64,000 nt of DNA from an uncultured archaeon. Its GTDB lineage: Archaea; Asgardarchaeota; Thorarchaeia; Thorarchaeales; Thorarchaeaceae. The notes beneath the pieces are model-generated. The model had not been told where the DNA came from. It made no database searches and was given only the letters and a program-made list of their open reading frames with translations. The stretch lies in contig CAZLEV010000006.1 in assembly GCA_964558645.1 (NCBI GenBank), positions 64,001 through 128,000 on the forward strand. Reading direction: 5' to 3'. Below, piece by piece: positions 48,834-58,172 of the stretch. Position numbers and translations under genes: made by a program. Position 1 is the first letter of the stretch; each line of letters opens with the position of its first letter.

Positions 48834-49265
48834 ATGAAATGCGAGGTAGTATTTGAAGCAAGTGGGCATAGGAATGTTGTAGGAACCCATCGAACTACTC
48901 TTGAGATTACCAAAGAGTCTCATCTCACACACGGCGGTACCTGCATAGTAGCTACAGATTCAACGCTTGCTCTTGGAGACCTAGATGAACATATTCGGAA
49001 CCTCGCCCAGAAGAGTGAAACGCGGATAATCCTTAGGATGTCTGTCAATGGCCTGACGGAGACGATTATCGGGCGGGGCAGTCCAGGGCTGAAATATAGG
49101 AGTGGCACATGCATGGTGGCACGGACCAGTGAATTCGAATGTGACAGAACTCTGATGATCAACGCTGACAGGGCAGCAGGGGACCTAGACCGAGATTTTG
49201 TCAAAATGTTAAGAGATTCTGAAGTACGAGTACACTGTGAGCTGACCTTCATCAGTGAACAATGA
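48834..49265 (+). CDS. DUF371-family protein
   Basis: GHRNV..THRTTLEITKE..LT..GTCI, MVARTS, RTLMINADRAA.DL. Confidence 0.85.
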   Translation: MKCEVVFEASGHRNVVGTHRTTLEITKESHLTHGGTCIVATDSTLALGDLDEHIRNLAQKSETRIILRMSVNGLTETIIGRGSPGLKYRSGTCMVARTSEFECDRTLMINADRAAGDLDRDFVKMLRDSEVRVHCELTFISEQ

Positions 49266-50307
49266 TATCTGCAACCATCTGGTATTCATATGGAGCACTG
49301 TCCCGTACTCGTCGCACCTTCTTGATTAGAGCCACCCGGCGACCTGCCTCTTCGACTAGGCGTTGAATCTTTGTCTTGAGCAAGGATTCCGCATTCTCTC
49401 CGCCCAAGAAGTCATAGTAATGAATTATTCCCCCCTCTCGTATCGCTGTACAGGCATCTGCAACAAACGCTTCAGCTCCGGAGGGGTGATTCATGATGAC
49501 TCTGTCAACGTTGTGGTCGAAATTACGGGGCACATATTCGGACGCATCTGCCACCACAGGAATGATCTCCCCCTCAAGTCGATTCATGGTGATGCTCTTC
49601 TCCAAGAGTGCAATGGCATCTGGATTGATGTCAATCGCATATACTGTGCACTCGGAGCGACCAGCAATATGGATGGCAAATGGTCCAACCCCGGTGAACA
49701 TGTCTACTACTGTTTCGCCGCTGTCCACCTGTTGTGCGATTCGATGGTGTTCTTGAAGAAGTCGTGGACTGAAGTAGGCTTTTGCAAGATCCACCGCAAT
49801 ACGGAAACCATACTCGGTGTGGATTGTATGAGTCTTCTTCTCTCCATGGAGATGTTCATACTCACGTACTCGACGAGTACCACCGATAGCACTGCTCTTT
49901 GCCAATACTGTAGAAAAGTTGGGGCGTAGCTTATGGAATGCCTCCCCGATGACATCGGTGTGGTGTTGAATCTCATCAGGAATCTCCAATACCGCAATGT
50001 CTCCAATCAAATCATAGGCCCGAGGGAGATGCTCCAATTCTAAGGGGCTCATCTTGTCCTCCAAGGCCTCCTCTAGTGAGCGTGGCCCATCTACTGTAGA
50101 GGCAAAAACCCGCTCCCCAAAATCCACCTCCTCTGAGGAGAACTGAGACCTTATCGCCTCATCGTAACGCGTCAAGGGGATATACAGGAATCCGCCTTCT
50201 GAGATGATGCGGTGTTCTTTGTCGAATACTCCCATGTCTACACTCATCTGCCGTATTCGCTCTCCAGACTCTACCGGCACTCTCACAAAGGGTCTTCTAT
50301 CTGTCAC
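49252..50307 (-). CDS. trm5: tRNA (guanine-37-N1) methyltransferase, Trm5 family
   Basis: AYDLIGDIAV, YFSPRL..E, DMFTGVGPF, DINP, RVIMNHP. Confidence 0.88.
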   Translation of the reverse strand: MTDRRPFVRVPVESGERIRQMSVDMGVFDKEHRIISEGGFLYIPLTRYDEAIRSQFSSEEVDFGERVFASTVDGPRSLEEALEDKMSPLELEHLPRAYDLIGDIAVLEIPDEIQHHTDVIGEAFHKLRPNFSTVLAKSSAIGGTRRVREYEHLHGEKKTHTIHTEYGFRIAVDLAKAYFSPRLLQEHHRIAQQVDSGETVVDMFTGVGPFAIHIAGRSECTVYAIDINPDAIALLEKSITMNRLEGEIIPVVADASEYVPRNFDHNVDRVIMNHPSGAEAFVADACTAIREGGIIHYYDFLGGENAESLLKTKIQRLVEEAGRRVALIKKVRRVRDSAPYEYQMVADIIVH

Positions 50308-50349
50308 ATTAGCAGAGAATCATCCCATACCTAAGACCCTTGCGCTATA

Positions 50350-51405
50350 TCAGAGGAGCCTGATGTATTCTCTGCCTGCTCCAGCCTTGGTGCCCACCAT
50401 GAGTTGATAGAGGGCTGTCTTGCCAGATGGTTTCATGACTCTCTGAACAGTACCTGCGACTTCAAGTCGGTCGCCTGCTTGTGCTAGCCCTCTAAAGGCA
50501 CCCTCATAGATCATGAGTCTGCTTGTCTTCTGTCCATTGATGCATTGCAGCTCGTCAGACTCACCGATGTAGAGTGAAGGAAGAAAAAGGCCATACGTTG
50601 CATCACGGACATCAAAGGTGGCCTTCACAGGTTTGGAGGATACATCTTGATACCTCTCATTGAGGTATGGAATTGGAGCCTCATAACTCAGCAGTACAGG
50701 AGTGACGCCGATACACTGATTATCAAGATGCAGAGCTCGTCGCCTCTCAAAGAGTGAATGTATGTCCTCGACATCCAGTCTCGGAACCCGTGATAGGACT
50801 CTCGACTTCGCAGCACGCCAATCTGTACTCTTCCTAAGAGAGACCCTACTATCTTTGTCAGGTAGTTGTTCGTAGGATTCCTGCAGTCGCCAGGCGTTCT
50901 CCAGACCATAGACACACATGTTGATGTCCGAGTGTTTGGGGTCATGGGCATGCCACGCAATGCTACCGGCCACCCCTAAGAATTGGGATTTGATTCCAGC
51001 CGTATCGGATAGTATTTCTGCAAGTGTCAGGGCACTCTCTTCGAGCGGATCTCTGGGGCCAAGTTCGAGTATCTGTCTGAGGCGAACCTCAGGTTTGAAG
51101 TGTTTCGTTATGTATTGAATGGGTATACTTGGAAGCAGTGTGCGAAAGTGGGGATCATTGAAAAGGAACGCAGCAGTCATCTGGTCCATCCCGTTGGCTA
51201 CTGATTGGACGCCGCCCCAGAAGACACGACGGAATCGCCTCTGACCTTTGGACCATCGACCATCTTTGTCTGGCACATACTTCAGGAAGGCAATGACACG
51301 GTCTGCAGGCTGAATATGGCCAAGAACAACCCAGATACGCCCCTTATTGTCACGGACCACATCTCGATCAAGAAAGCCTCTCCGTGATCCTTCAGCAGTT
51401 GTCAT
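50350..51405 (-). CDS. Archaeal nucleotidyltransferase-fold protein (COG1665-like)
   Basis: VLGHIQP.DRVIAFLKYVP, GVAGSI......SDINMCVYG, C-terminal OB-like YEG..RG. Confidence 0.7.
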   Translation of the reverse strand: MTTAEGSRRGFLDRDVVRDNKGRIWVVLGHIQPADRVIAFLKYVPDKDGRWSKGQRRFRRVFWGGVQSVANGMDQMTAAFLFNDPHFRTLLPSIPIQYITKHFKPEVRLRQILELGPRDPLEESALTLAEILSDTAGIKSQFLGVAGSIAWHAHDPKHSDINMCVYGLENAWRLQESYEQLPDKDSRVSLRKSTDWRAAKSRVLSRVPRLDVEDIHSLFERRRALHLDNQCIGVTPVLLSYEAPIPYLNERYQDVSSKPVKATFDVRDATYGLFLPSLYIGESDELQCINGQKTSRLMIYEGAFRGLAQAGDRLEVAGTVQRVMKPSGKTALYQLMVGTKAGAGREYIRLL

Positions 51406-51497
51406 GAGATGTGCCAGCCTTGATTTCGTCAAGACTCCCAGAAGATAGATAGGTGTCACGCATCTAGATGATGACAGCATCCCTTGGAAGCCATACA

Positions 51498-52709
51498 ATG
51501 AGAGTCCTTCATCTCTGTGATAGTCTTAATCCTGCCGGTCTGGGAGGATACGAGTCCTACCTTCACTATCTCTCAGCGGTCTTGAACCGAGCAGGGCACA
51601 AGTGCATTATCACCAGCCAGAAACCAAGACGGAACAGCCCCGGCTGGATTGAGTCGGAACACTATCAGATTCGGTATCTTGAGGGAAATCTACTAGAGGC
51701 AAGAAAATGGGAGTATCTAGCCCTGCCTCAGGAGAAGCGGCGAGGTGCGGTCGAGAAGCTCTTCTCCCCTGATGACCTCGAGAGGAACGTTCAGTTGCTT
51801 GCAAGAGAGCTCCTGAGTCTGATTGATAGTTTCAGACCAGATGTGGTACATAGTCACAGTACATACATTATCTTCAATCGTGTCCTTGAGTGTCTTCATT
51901 CTGAAGTAGGTGCCAAGAAGCTGCCCCTAATCGCCACTATTCACGGGTTGCCGAAATCGCTGGTTCTTCCGAATGGTACTGAAACTACCGACTATGACCA
52001 GCTCGCCGTCCACTGCCCGTTTGACTTGGTTCTCGGAGTGAGTAATTGTGTCACTTCCGAGTTGGAGAACCATCTGCCGAAATCAGTAGAACACATCCAG
52101 AGAGAATACCTTGGGATAGATCTTGATGTCTTCCGACCCGGTGGACGTCCCAAGCAGTGGGACCTAGCATTCATGGGTAGAATGGAACACATGAAGAGTG
52201 TGGATATATTCCCATCTCTCTTTGGAAACCTGATTGAGAAGTATCCATCATTGAGGATTGTCATGACGGGAGAGGGGTCATATAGAGAAGATATTATGAA
52301 AGACTTCTTTGAAAGAGGATTGGACAGGAATATAGACTACCTTGGTGTGGTTCCAAATGCAGATGTGCCTAGCGTCATAGACCAGAGTAGGGTGTTTCTC
52401 TACCCGTCTCGAAGAGAACCATTTGGGCTCTCGATTGTCGAGGCAATGGCCTGCGAAGTACCAGTTGTGGCAGGCGATGTCTTCGGGCCAAGAGAAATTA
52501 TCACAGACAATGTAGATGGCGTTCTCGTTGATCCTGAAGAGTTTGACATTCTCGTGGATTCCATCTTGGCCCTGCTCAATAACTCCAAGAGAAGGAATTT
52601 GCTGGGAACTAGTGCACGCAGAACGGTTCAACAGAGATTCAATATTCAAGATCATGCGAAACGGCTAGTCAACTACTACGGGAACATGATATCTGGAAAG
52701 AAAACGTGA
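51498..52709 (+). CDS. Glycosyltransferase family 4
   Basis: GGYE, PDVVHSH, FMGRMEHMK, PSRREPFGLSIVEAMACEVPVV. Confidence 0.92.
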   Translation: MRVLHLCDSLNPAGLGGYESYLHYLSAVLNRAGHKCIITSQKPRRNSPGWIESEHYQIRYLEGNLLEARKWEYLALPQEKRRGAVEKLFSPDDLERNVQLLARELLSLIDSFRPDVVHSHSTYIIFNRVLECLHSEVGAKKLPLIATIHGLPKSLVLPNGTETTDYDQLAVHCPFDLVLGVSNCVTSELENHLPKSVEHIQREYLGIDLDVFRPGGRPKQWDLAFMGRMEHMKSVDIFPSLFGNLIEKYPSLRIVMTGEGSYREDIMKDFFERGLDRNIDYLGVVPNADVPSVIDQSRVFLYPSRREPFGLSIVEAMACEVPVVAGDVFGPREIITDNVDGVLVDPEEFDILVDSILALLNNSKRRNLLGTSARRTVQQRFNIQDHAKRLVNYYGNMISGKKT

Positions 52710-52727
52710 GGGGGCTTCACTGCCCCC
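52710..52727. terminator. Hairpin between the convergent GT4 and peroxiredoxin genes
   Basis: GGGGGC-TTCACT-GCCCCC. Confidence 0.45.
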
Positions 52728-52755
52728 CGGTTTAGGTTGAAACAAGTCTAGTGTC

Positions 52756-53445
52756 TTATTCGAAGACTTTGGCAGCCCGCTCAAGGAACTTCCTAGCAGC
52801 TGACGCTTCTTCCTTTGGGACTTCTTTGTGGCACAGCCACCAGTCCAAACACTCGTACTCTTTGGTGCGCTTCTCTGCTTCTTCCATGGATTTTGGAGGC
52901 GGCACAATTACGTGCTCCCCAACAATCTCGTTGTTTGGCCAGTTAGCAGGCATAGCAGCCTTGTGTTCGGCACCTACTTGGAAGGCTTTGATCATTCGTA
53001 GAAACTCATCTATGTTCCGACCCAGCTCCAACGGGTAGAACAGGATTGCACGGATAGTCTGGTTGGGGTCTACAATGTAGACAGCCCTTACTGTCGCGGT
53101 CGAGGACTGTGCATGAATCAGACCAAGCGTCTGTGAAACGTTCCCCATTGGGTCTCCAATCACAGGGTAGTCGATCTTTTCGCCGACGGTGTCCTCAATC
53201 CACTCAACCCATTTCATGTGGCTTATCGTACTATCAACACTCAGCCCAATAAGCTCAGTATTCAGTTTCCTGAAATCCTCATGTCTCTTCGCAAAAGCTA
53301 TGAATTCCGTGGTGCACACTGGAGTGAAATCGCCAGGGTGACTGAACAAGACAAACCACTTGCCTTTGTAGTGGTCTGGCAGTTTCAACGGGCCAAATGT
53401 AGTATCTACTTCCATCTCAGGGAATTTCTCACCGATTGTTAGCAT
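52756..53445 (-). CDS. Peroxiredoxin (Prx6/archaeal type)
   Basis: [32 protein letters not shown]. Confidence 0.96.
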   Translation of the reverse strand: MLTIGEKFPEMEVDTTFGPLKLPDHYKGKWFVLFSHPGDFTPVCTTEFIAFAKRHEDFRKLNTELIGLSVDSTISHMKWVEWIEDTVGEKIDYPVIGDPMGNVSQTLGLIHAQSSTATVRAVYIVDPNQTIRAILFYPLELGRNIDEFLRMIKAFQVGAEHKAAMPANWPNNEIVGEHVIVPPPKSMEEAEKRTKEYECLDWWLCHKEVPKEEASAARKFLERAAKVFE

Positions 53446-53648
53446 TCTTTTCTTCTCCTCAAACTGTTGTTTGCGTCAGATAGTATTCAAATCAGTCCCA
53501 CAAGAAACGGTCCACTCAATCATTTGATGTCGGGTCTTACCGCGAACTGTGGGACATGCTAGTCTAACCAAGAATTATTATTACTTAAACTTTACTATCG
53601 ATAAGTAACAAGTTGTAACAAAGAATGCTTTTATATGTAGGATTCCAC

Positions 53649-54086
53649 ATGGAAAACACAATGAAGGCCAAGAAGTCCAGACAAGCGATTGCCGAGGTAA
53701 TCCGGGAGCACGGATACAGAGCCACACCCCAGAGACTTGCAATCTACGATGCCCTGCATGAGTCCGGCTCTCATCCTACTGCACAGGAGATACACCAGAC
53801 CGTCTTAGAGAGAGATCCGTCCGTCAGTTTGGCCACCGTCTACAAGACATTGCAGCTGTTTGTAGAGCTGGGTCTGGCTGGAGAGATGGGTTTTAGGGAT
53901 CAGACTCACTATGACCCTGATACGGGATATCACGTCCACCTCGTCTGTACCAACTGTGGGAGAATCGAAGATTCTCATGTTGACGATTTAGAGAGATTCA
54001 TATCCCAGATAGAGGAGGAAACCGAGTTCAAGATAACAGGACAACGTTTTGATATGTACGGTCTTTGCTCCGATTGCAGGAGTTAG
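53649..54086 (+). CDS. Fur/PerR-family transcriptional regulator
   Basis: RATPQRLAI, HPTA, SLATVYKTL, HVHLVCTNCG, GLCSDC; divergent from the peroxiredoxin gene. Confidence 0.92.
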   Translation: MENTMKAKKSRQAIAEVIREHGYRATPQRLAIYDALHESGSHPTAQEIHQTVLERDPSVSLATVYKTLQLFVELGLAGEMGFRDQTHYDPDTGYHVHLVCTNCGRIEDSHVDDLERFISQIEEETEFKITGQRFDMYGLCSDCRS

Positions 54087-54110
54087 AGGGGGCTGGAGGG
54101 CCACTAGTAC

Positions 54111-54725
54111 CTATCTTGATGCTTTCGATACGATTACCGGAGCCGTAAGACTCCAAATCCTCGCCAGCACAGGCGTCATGAATATGACAGTTGGGAGGCC
54201 GGCTGTCAGAACAGGCAGCAAGACAAATCCGATAGCCACCAATGTAGCATACCCCTCAATCACCATGCCAATGATGACCAAGAGAAGCGCTGTCATGATA
54301 AGACCAAATGCCGAGAGGAGGGACATCTTGACCAGCGATCTCCCGCTGGAGAGTTCGTAGGATGCCATTCCCACTACAAGACCTAGGACACCATATGCCA
54401 GAGCAGGTAGTGTGAAGGTCACAACAACGTTGTAAACTAGGAGCCCATAGATCACCTCGCCCAGGTATCCTGCCAGAAGACCTGCGATGGGTCCTCTGAT
54501 GGCGCCTGCAAAGGCAATGAGCGCTAGAGCAGGAACAAGTCCCAGAGTCAAGAGGCCCTCCATGATGAAGGGCATCGGAATTGTTGAAATGAGGGCATAG
54601 ATGCCCGCCACAGCCACGGCGAAGAGGACTGTTTCTACTGCCATTCGTGCATCCCTCATTCGAAGGAACTCGAGTACGGTGGATATTGTCACGGGGGTTT
54701 CGGTTCCTTGGTCTTCTTTACTCAT
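54111..54725 (-). CDS. ECF-transporter S-component-like membrane protein
   Basis: About 6 TM helices; GAIRGPIAGLLAGYLGEVI matches the S-component GPxxG..G pattern. Confidence 0.7.
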   Translation of the reverse strand: MSKEDQGTETPVTISTVLEFLRMRDARMAVETVLFAVAVAGIYALISTIPMPFIMEGLLTLGLVPALALIAFAGAIRGPIAGLLAGYLGEVIYGLLVYNVVVTFTLPALAYGVLGLVVGMASYELSSGRSLVKMSLLSAFGLIMTALLLVIIGMVIEGYATLVAIGFVLLPVLTAGLPTVIFMTPVLARIWSLTAPVIVSKASR

Positions 54726-54737
54726 TCTCGGATCACC

Positions 54738-56378
54738 TCATTTTATCACAAGCTGATACGCTCCCGGCTCCAGTGACAGGTCGTAGTCTGTACCAGAAGC
54801 AGTGAGTACGCCCAAGACGGAACCAGACGAATAGGCTGTTGGTGCCGAGGCGAAATTGGTGAATGATAGCGTTGCCGACTGGTCAACCCGCACATTGAGA
54901 ATGAAGGCGTTTCTTGCTGCATCCCATTCTGCTTGATAGACCCAGATACGGTCGTCATCTGCGGAACTAATATAGGGATAATCCCAGAACTCTGCGGGCC
55001 GGGCATCCCCAAGGTCCATCACGGTGACAGGAGTATGAGCCCAGATCCATCCAAATGCCGCTACTGATTGCAGGAATGGTTCCAGCGACATGGTGTCAAA
55101 GTGTAACTGCCGACCATCTGGAGACCAGACCTTGTTGTACGAGTTGAAGAAGAAGTTCGCCAGTCGGTCTCTCGTGACATAGTCACCCATTTGATTCGCA
55201 AGATGCATGGTGAAGAGTGTGCCCAAGATGTCAAAGGTGCCAAATCCACCGGGGTTATTGTAGGTGTCCATGATGTATGCTGAATCGGCAGAGACGTCCT
55301 TCATGAAGTACTCTAAGAAAACCGGATAGTCTGCAGCACTCGCTTCTGGCTGAATATACTGCAGAAAAGCAAGAGCCCATCCATTGCAGTAGGACGAGAC
55401 CTTCGGACTGCCGTCGTCGGCATAAAGCGACTGTTGAGGTCCGGGAATCTCGTCCGGGACGCGACTCGTGTCATACAGTGAAGAGGTGGGTCTGTCGACG
55501 TAGTACCCATCAATGAAGAGGCTGTACTTATCCTGGGCTACAGTGTTCATGAAATTGAGTCCATAGTCCCACATGCCTCCCTCCCAGTATTGGGTAGCGT
55601 ACAGATTGTCATACAGCCTTGTACAGAGCATTGGGATTGAGTTACATTGTACAAACACTATGTAGGGTTCACAGGGAATCAGTCCGGTTCCCCAGAGACC
55701 GCCCTCTTTTGGATTGCCTCGCCTATCACTTGTAAGAGAAATGTTCCAATCGTCAACAAAGTAGTCGAGGTCACTCTTCATGAGGCCGGTGTTGAAACTG
55801 CGTTCATACATGGCCTCCATGAGGGCGATGTGAGCAGTCCACATGATATTGGCTGGACCACGGAAGCCCCCTGTGTAGATGGCTTCAGGGTCCGAGGCAT
55901 TATTGGGGTACCAGTAGTCCACATAATTATAGGACGGATGCAGCCACTCCTTGTATTCGATACTGTTGTTACCCCACTCGTCAAACGTTGTATTCATCTT
56001 CATTATCAGATCGTACAGGAAGTCGTGATAGTGATCGGTCCGATAGCCCGAAGTTGCCTCGAACATCATCGCGACCGTATAGGCCATGAACGCCAACACA
56101 TAGTGGTGCAGTCCGTGATACTGCTCAGCAAACCAACCGTCCCATTCCCCGTATCCCTGGTAGTCGCTGCTCACAATCGTGTCCAGATAGTTGAAAATTG
56201 CAAGCATATCGTGGTCAAGAGCCTTGTACTCAGCAAAGTCAAACTGGATGCCATCAACCGTCTGAACGCCTCTCGCTACGGGAGTAGCCGGCAGGTTACC
56301 CACGGTAAGACCACCAATGACAAGTGTCATGACAAGGGCCACCAAGAAATACTTGTTACTCATCAGTCTGTTGCTCAT
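54738..56378 (-). CDS. Secreted linalool dehydratase/isomerase (LinD)-like protein
   Basis: Signal peptide; NIMWTAHIALMEAMY, GLIPCEPYIVFVQCNS..LYDNLYATQY and SSYCNGWALAFL align by eye with LinD NIMYKGHL, CEPDNYFVQCNS and AYTTAWTLAM. Confidence 0.78.
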   Translation of the reverse strand: MSNRLMSNKYFLVALVMTLVIGGLTVGNLPATPVARGVQTVDGIQFDFAEYKALDHDMLAIFNYLDTIVSSDYQGYGEWDGWFAEQYHGLHHYVLAFMAYTVAMMFEATSGYRTDHYHDFLYDLIMKMNTTFDEWGNNSIEYKEWLHPSYNYVDYWYPNNASDPEAIYTGGFRGPANIMWTAHIALMEAMYERSFNTGLMKSDLDYFVDDWNISLTSDRRGNPKEGGLWGTGLIPCEPYIVFVQCNSIPMLCTRLYDNLYATQYWEGGMWDYGLNFMNTVAQDKYSLFIDGYYVDRPTSSLYDTSRVPDEIPGPQQSLYADDGSPKVSSYCNGWALAFLQYIQPEASAADYPVFLEYFMKDVSADSAYIMDTYNNPGGFGTFDILGTLFTMHLANQMGDYVTRDRLANFFFNSYNKVWSPDGRQLHFDTMSLEPFLQSVAAFGWIWAHTPVTVMDLGDARPAEFWDYPYISSADDDRIWVYQAEWDAARNAFILNVRVDQSATLSFTNFASAPTAYSSGSVLGVLTASGTDYDLSLEPGAYQLVIK

Positions 56379-56655
56379 TCTGAAACCTCTTCTGGATGAT
56401 GTTACATCTCGTTGCTGTAGATTGCCAGATAGCTTTCTTCTGCGATGGGAAACGCTCCATAAATACTTTACAAATTCGTCTACAGACGTATCGACATATG
56501 ACGAAATAGACGGGACCTTAGAGAGGAACGAAAGGTGAATTCGGAATGTCTGTCAACCCCGTCGATGCTCGGTTCGCTGATTGACAAAACACTGATTAGT
56601 TGCTTTCGAAATCCCAACACCTTGGTCTTGCCTTCACGGGAGACTGAGGAGAGCA

Positions 56656-57066
56656 ATGAAAGCCAGAAACAAACTCATCTGCATCGGTATCCTGATCATG
56701 GGAATGCTTGCGTCGACAGTAGTCTTTCTGGTCACGGACGATGCAGAAGGACCGATGATCTATCAGATAGATGTTCTTCCGGGCAGACCCCGCCCTGGAG
56801 ATATCGTCAATATAGTCATCTACTGTATAGATCCGTCAGGAGTATCAGGGGCAACGTTGTACTACTCGGTGAATAGCGCCGAGTGGAAGGAACAGACTAT
56901 GTACTTCTATGCGTGCTTATGCATTGCTGGTGGGCGATGGGTCGGAGAGGTTGGGCCCCTTGATGCCGGGGACAGCATCCAGTTCTATATCACTGCGTTT
57001 GACAATTCGGTCACAAAGAACTCCGCAGATACCCAAGCGTTCACAGTGGAAGTCATTGAAATATAG
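56656..57066 (+). CDS. Membrane-anchored Ig-like domain protein with a CxC motif
   Basis: N-terminal TM; beta-rich domain (DPSGVSGATLYYSVN..W, FYITAFD) with a YACLC insert. Confidence 0.7.
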   Translation: MKARNKLICIGILIMGMLASTVVFLVTDDAEGPMIYQIDVLPGRPRPGDIVNIVIYCIDPSGVSGATLYYSVNSAEWKEQTMYFYACLCIAGGRWVGEVGPLDAGDSIQFYITAFDNSVTKNSADTQAFTVEVIEI

Positions 57067-57073
57067 AGGAGAG

Positions 57074-57268
57074 ATGTTATTGAGATTCGACAGCATGATA
57101 TACTTGTCTTTGATGATTCTCGGAATCGTGGTAGCAATAGCACCATGGACTTTCGCACCAGTATGTGTCAGCGAGATGCGATGTTGGTTCACGCGAGATG
57201 TCGAAACGGTTCTGGGAGCGGTCATAACCCTGTTAGCTGTAGTGGGGCTATACAGGAGCTTGGCGTAA
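57074..57268 (+). CDS. DUF4418-like small membrane protein
   Basis: 64 aa from ATG 57074; two TMs flanking PWTFAPVC...MRCWFT. Confidence 0.65.
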   Translation: MLLRFDSMIYLSLMILGIVVAIAPWTFAPVCVSEMRCWFTRDVETVLGAVITLLAVVGLYRSLA

Positions 57269-57290
57269 GAAGACAGGAAGTCACATACCC

Positions 57291-57755
57291 ATGAATAGCG
57301 AACAGCGTAGGGCAGTACAGGTAATCCTAGTGGTTCTGTCTTGTTTTGCAGTCTTCACGTATACCTACGCTCTGGAAACAAAGCGTTACTGTGATTGGAC
57401 AGGCCTAGAGATCCAGGAGAGACTGGGCCACGAAGTCACATTTACTCTCACAAATGGCACTATACGTCACTATTGCGGCGTCAACACATCACTTGAAGCC
57501 CTACATGATATGACGGAGCGAAACGAGGAGATGTACATTGAAAGGATACAGGTTCGATGCCCTATGTGCGGAATGTTGATGGATTCGGACGACCCGATGA
57601 TAGTCTGGATATACTCAGAAGAGTATCTGAATCCGACCACCCACACTGCCACTATTGTGGGAGTCTGCGAGGATGCTGGTGATCAAGCCATGTGTGAAAC
57701 CCATTTTCTCGATCGGTACGGGGGAATAGTGATATCCAACCCCTATGTAGTCTAG
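57291..57755 (+). CDS. NosL-like metal-binding membrane-anchored protein
   Basis: TM, then CDWTGLEI, NGTIRHYCG, VRCPMCGM and F..RYGG, the NosL/TRASH-like pattern. Confidence 0.6.
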   Translation: MNSEQRRAVQVILVVLSCFAVFTYTYALETKRYCDWTGLEIQERLGHEVTFTLTNGTIRHYCGVNTSLEALHDMTERNEEMYIERIQVRCPMCGMLMDSDDPMIVWIYSEEYLNPTTHTATIVGVCEDAGDQAMCETHFLDRYGGIVISNPYVV

Positions 57756-57758
57756 GGA

Positions 57759-58172
57759 GTGACCGGGGTGAAAAAGGGAATACTTCTCGTTGCGGCCTTT
57801 GTCTCAACGACTCTAGTTGTGGGTATGACCCTTGCTGCGATTTCGTCTCAGCAAGTCGGAGGAGCCTGGCTGTTTCCCGATCTAGGCCCTGCTGTGATTC
57901 AAGATACTCAGTACGGTCGAGCACCAATACTAGAGTCACCGTTCAGTCCATTCGGAGATATTCCAGGCGGATATTCGCCCTACTGGGGAAATCTACTCGT
58001 TGATGAATTGCTGATAGAACCCTGGGAGTGTATTGAACTGCAGGGACTAGAACCGAGGGCACCTACACCTGATACAAGCACGATGTTACTAGGACTGCTG
58101 ATCACGACTCTTCCGTTGACAGTGGTCTCTCTTGCCGGGAGGCGATCATATGGGGCTTCGAAGACACGCTAA
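57759..58172 (+). CDS. Hypothetical membrane protein (N- and C-terminal TM)
   Basis: In operon; hydrophobic ends with a Pro/Gly-rich middle. Confidence 0.6.
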   Translation: MTGVKKGILLVAAFVSTTLVVGMTLAAISSQQVGGAWLFPDLGPAVIQDTQYGRAPILESPFSPFGDIPGGYSPYWGNLLVDELLIEPWECIELQGLEPRAPTPDTSTMLLGLLITTLPLTVVSLAGRRSYGASKTR

